This document shows, one piece after another, positions 59,462 through 64,000 of a DNA stretch of 64,000 nt (its first letter is position 1; each line of letters opens with the position of its first letter). This DNA is from the human T2T-CHM13v2.0 reference genome, Homo sapiens: the NCBI RefSeq assembly GCF_009914755.1, contig NC_060927.1. One strand, written 5' to 3'. The notes under the pieces are model-generated. The model did not search any database. It worked only from the letters and a program-made list of their open reading frames with translations, and had not been told where the DNA came from. The position numbers were made by a program, and so were the translations under genes.

Positions 59462-62400
59462 CCTGCTATCACCACATCTGTTGAACATAGTATTATAAGT
59501 ACTAGCTAGTATATACAGTAAGGTAGGAAACATACAGAATGGAAAGGAAAAGTTGAAATAATCATATGTATTTGATATGATTTTATGTGTAAAATGTGCA
59601 GTAGAATCTGTAGAAAATATTGAGAATAACTAAGGGAATTTGATGGCTACAGTGTCAGTATTGTGTTGATTGATCGATAGATACAAAGTCTTGCTCTGTT
59701 GCCCAGGCCGGAGTGCAGTGACACAATCACAGCTCACTGTAGCCTTGGCCTTCTCGTGTTCAAGCAATCCTTTCACCTCAGCCTCCTGAGTAACTGGGAC
59801 TACAGGTGTGCACCACCATGTCTAGGTAATTTTTAATTACTTTTATAGAGATAGGATTTCGCCATGTTGCCCAGGCTGGTCTCAAGCAGTCCTCCCACCT
59901 CAGTCTCCCAGAGTGCTGGGATTACAAGCATGAGCCACTGCACCTAGTCATAATGTCAGTATTTTAAAAACACATTTTTTCTCTATGTTTGCAAAGAAGA
60001 ATTAGAAAATGAATAAAACAATGCTATTTATAGTAGTATCAAATGTATCAAATGCTAAGGAATGAAATCTAATAAAAATACAAGACATTCATGTTGAAAA
60101 CTATAAAAATCTTGATAAAAATTAAGATCTAAACAAATGGAAAGATTTACTATGTTTATGAAGTGAAAGACTATCATAAAGATGCCAGTTCTCTCCAAGT
60201 TAATCTAATGATTTAATGCAATCCTGATAAAAATCCAGCAGGCTTTTTTTGGGTATGGAAATTGAACAGCTGATTATGACATTCATATGAAAATGCAAAA
60301 GGTTACAAAGAATATGATAATCTTGAAGATTATCTCAACTAGAGGACTTATGGTACCAGATATCAAGATTTATTATACATTAAGACTGTGATTTGGGGTA
60401 AAAGACTACTGAAACAGAATAGAGGGGCCAGAAATAGACCCTGGAGAGCCACACCTATGGGCTAACTCTGGCTCACTCATGTGTTTCCAAAAGTTTCTTT
60501 GCCAATCAGCAGGTTGTTACTAGAAACCAGCTCCAACCCAAGTGCTCTGGGAAGTTGTGCCATCACCAGCAGGCTCCATGTTCTTGTGGAAGCCATTCTC
60601 TTTCCCACAGATTCTGGATCTTACCCTTGAAGGGAAAGGGGTTCTTTTAAGTTCTTAGTTTCTTGCTTGTCCACTCCGTGGAGATATATCATCCACTGAT
60701 GTATGAGAGAAGTGACATTGTAGTGCAGTGGAGAAATGATGCTCTTTACAATAAGTGATGCTATGCCAATTGAAATTGAAAATGATGGCCTATCCAGTAA
60801 ATGATACTGGACCAATACCGAAAGCAATGAATATTGATTCCTGCCTCACAGAATATACTCCAAACTCAATTCCAAGTAGATGGTAGAACTGAATGTGAAA
60901 TGTAAAAATAATTCACCTTGAAGAAAGCATAGGAAACTATTCTTGACATTGGTGTATACAAAGATCTTTTATAAAGATACAAAAAGCACTAACTATAAAG
61001 GAAAAGATTGGTAAGTTATACTTTATTAGAATGAAAATTTTCTTGTTCAAAAGATCGTTAAGTAGAGGGAAAAAGAAGTCACCATGAGTTATTTTACGAA
61101 AGGCTTGTATTCAGAGCATGTAAAGAATGATTACAAGTCAAAAATTAAAAGATAATCTAATAGAAGAGCAGGCAAAAGGCTTGAGTAGGCTCCTCAAAAA
61201 ACACATATCCTAGTGGCTCAAAAACATATGGAAAGGTGCTTAATCTCAGTCATCAGGGAAATGCACGTTTAAACTATAGTGAGCTACCACCAGATGGCCA
61301 CTAGAATGTCTAAGAATTAAAACACGATACCAAGTGCTAGTGAGAATGTCGATCGGTTGTTACTCCCAGACATTACTGATGGTGGGGAAAATGTTATTAG
61401 CACTTTGGAATACTCTTTGGCACTATATACTATAGCTGAATATACACATACCTTATAATTTAACAATTCTACTCATAAATATGAACCCAACAGCAAAATA
61501 CCTATAAAAATGTTAGTATCAGCTTTGTTCATAATAGTCTCAAACTGGAAAAAATGAAAATGTTCATCAGCAGTAGAATGGGCAAATATGTGGTATATTC
61601 ATACAACTGAATGTGATATAGAAAGGAAAATGAGTTAGTTATTGCTACATACAATACGATGACCCATCACAGACATATTATTGAAAAAAGAAGCCAGATA
61701 TGAGAATTAGTGTTATTATGATTTTGTGTACGAAAAGGACAGAATCAGGCAAAACTGAATCAGGTGATATTTGTCAGAGTAGTGGTTATTGGCTGGGATC
61801 TCAGCACTTTGGGAGGTCGAGGCAGGAGAATCACTTGAGGCCAGGAGTTTGAGAACAACCTGGGTAACATAGCGAGATCTTGTCTCTACAAAAAATTTAA
61901 AAATTAGCATGGTGGTGTGTGCCTGTAGTCTTAGCTACTCAGGTGGGTAAGGTGAGAGGATTGCTTGAGCGCAGGAGTTCCAGGCTGCAGTGAGCTATGA
62001 TTGTGCCACTACACTTTAGCGTGGGCGACAGAGGGAGAACCTGTCTCAAAAAAATCTTTTTAAGGGTGTGTGTGTTGATGACTGGAGGAGGTACAAGTGG
62101 GTTTTAGGATGCTGCTACTGTTTTTATTTATCTAAGTGGTGGGCAGACAGGTATGTATACTCTTTAAAAATTTATTTAGCTGGTGGGGTGCGGTGGCTTA
62201 TGCCTGTAATCCTAGCACTTTGGGAGACCGAGGCGGGCGGATCACTTGAGGTCAGGAGTTTGAGACCAGCCTGGCCAACATGGTGAAACCCTGTCTCTAC
62301 TAAAAACACAAAAATTAGCTGGGCGTTGTGATGGGCACCTGTAATCCCGGCTACTTGGGAGGCTAGGGCAGGAGAATCACTTAAAACCTGGGTTGCAGTG

Positions 62401-63600
62401 AGCCGGTATTGCACCACTGCACTCCAGCCTGGGCAACAGAGCGACACTCCGTCTGAAAAAAATTTTTTTTTAAATTTAGCCGTACACTAATGATTTTCAC
62501 ACTTACGGATGTTACATATTAATAAAAAGTTTATTTAAAAAAGTAAAACAACTTTGTAAAAAAGTTGATAAAAGTATAAAACTAAACAATATGGAAGAAT
62601 CTGAAAAATATATTAAATAAAAGAGCCCAAATAGAATTTTACAGTCCGTATTGATTCCATTTATATGAAGTTCAAGAATAAGTAACACTACAAATCTGTG
62701 GTGATAGAAACCAGAACAGTAGTTGCTTACTGGAAAGGATTGACTGGAAAGAAGTATGAGGAAACTTTCAGGGTGATTAAAAAGTTCTATATCTGGATGA
62801 AATATGGGTTTCATGGTTATTACATTTGTCAAAGCTCATTGTACTGTATGTTCATGATCTGTATTTTTTACTATAGGTAAATTATGCATCAGTGAACTGG
62901 ATGAAAGGTTTAAAAATAAAAAATCTAGTCACAGATAAAAACATTTTTGCAGTGATACAACAAAGATAAGCAATCAGAATATAAAAGATCTCTTACAAAC
63001 CAAGAAGAATAAATAATAGGTGAGGACCAGGTATGGTGGCTCATGCTTGTAATCCTCAGTGGAGGCTGAGGTAGGAGGATCACTTGAGGCCAGGAGTTCA
63101 AGACCAGCCTAATCAACAAGTGAGAGACCCTGTCTCTATAAAAAAGAGAAGAGAGAAAAGAAAAAAATTAGGTGGGTGTGGTGGTGCATGCCTGTAGTTC
63201 TGGCTACTCAGGAGGCTGAGGCAGGAGGATCACTTGAGCCCAGGAGGTCAGGGCTGCAGTGAGCTATGATTGTACCACTGCACTCCAGCCTGTGTGACAG
63301 AATGAGAACCTGTTAGGAAGGAAAGAAGGAAGGGAAGGAGGGAGGGAGAGAATAAAAGAAAAAAGAAAAGAAAGAAAAAGAGTCATTCATGGAATAGCAA
63401 GTTAAAATCAGAATGATAAATGATTTTATACATATCAGTTTGAGAAAACTGAAATGTCTCACATATTCAGATATTGGCACAGATATGTTTCCATTGGAAT
63501 GCTTACATGCTGGTTGCATCTTGTGAAGTTAGATGTGCATATCCTATGACCTAGCCATTTAATTCTTAAGTATATACCTTAGAGAAATGTTTTTCAAGCT
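59462..63600 (+). mobile_element. Old L1M (MC/ME-like) ORF2 and 3' remnants; its 5' piece lies at ~32080-32260
   Basis: gagacaagaatacctac | tatcaccacatctgttgaacatag joins across the MST LTR; degenerate ORF2 motifs follow. Confidence 0.65.
60441..60680 (-). repeat. Inverted copy of sequence at 63875-64000, inserted in an old L1
   Basis: The reverse complement shares a 28-nt exact match (gtggacaagcaagaaactaagaacttaa) and about 80% identity over ~125 nt with 63875-64000. Confidence 0.8.
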
Positions 63601-63709
63601 GTCTTCATCAAATCATTAGGGGGTTATTACAGTTATATTTAGTGGCTCACTTATCTGCATGAATAAAAAAGAATAGAATAAGAAATATCTAAATATATTG
63701 TTATAACAG

Positions 63710-64000
63710 TTATGATCCAATCAAGAGAGAGAAATCACACTAATTGGAATAGAGAATATTTAATATAAATAATTGTTAACTAGTAAAAAAGTAGTTAACT
63801 GCTAAAAGGGCTAAAATAAGACTCAAAGGGATAGCAAATGCAGAAATCAACTGCTACCTGTAGGGCTGAGAGAGGGTGGACAAGCAAGAAACTAAGAACT
63901 TAACTCCTATCCCTTCTAGCCTAAGATTCAGAATTTATGGGAAAGAGCATGGATGCCATAGGAACGTGTAGCCTGCTGGTGGCGGTGAAACTTGCCAGAG
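63710..64000 (+). mobile_element. Ancient LTR-like element (LTR78-like), running off the window
   Basis: tccaatcaagagagagaaatcacac..tttaatataaataattgttaacta resembles my recollection of the LTR78-family 5' end. Confidence 0.4.

Larger units (their letters stand above)
59162..63315. mobile_element. Alus: fragment(-) 59162-59269, AluJ(-) ~59680-59946, (+) ~61795-62053, ~62186-62462, ~63026-63315
   Basis: Alu consensus matches. Confidence 0.85.

Overview
Hominid (human/great-ape) genomic DNA from the DOCK3 locus, on the + strand: the end of intron 1, the 84-bp coding exon 2 (30627-30710, SH3 domain) and the start of intron 2. Almost everything else is transposable-element sequence: about 35 Alus, many L1s, MaLR and ERV1 LTRs, DNA-transposon relics, one full-length SVA, and an antisense ZNF652 processed pseudogene. 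Nearly all ORFs in the supplied track are Alu, L1 or SVA artefacts. I see no new gene system. The interest lies in unusual integration and repair events that can be reconstructed from target-site duplications (TSDs): (1) a ~63-bp insert of outward-facing telomeric repeats inside an L1, with 5 nt matching telomerase RNA beyond its template boundary; (2) a twin-primed L1 3' transduction in which the L1 itself lies in the inverted arm; (3) a tailless 41-nt 5S rRNA retrocopy; (4) a 700-bp orphan 3'UTR-like retro-insertion; (5) a ~430-bp MST LTR split by 26.6 kb of nested insertions; (6) an LTR10 solo LTR with an AP-1 VNTR; (7) an old local inverted duplication. Repeat subfamily names come from recall of consensus sequences, and element boundaries are approximate unless a TSD is quoted.
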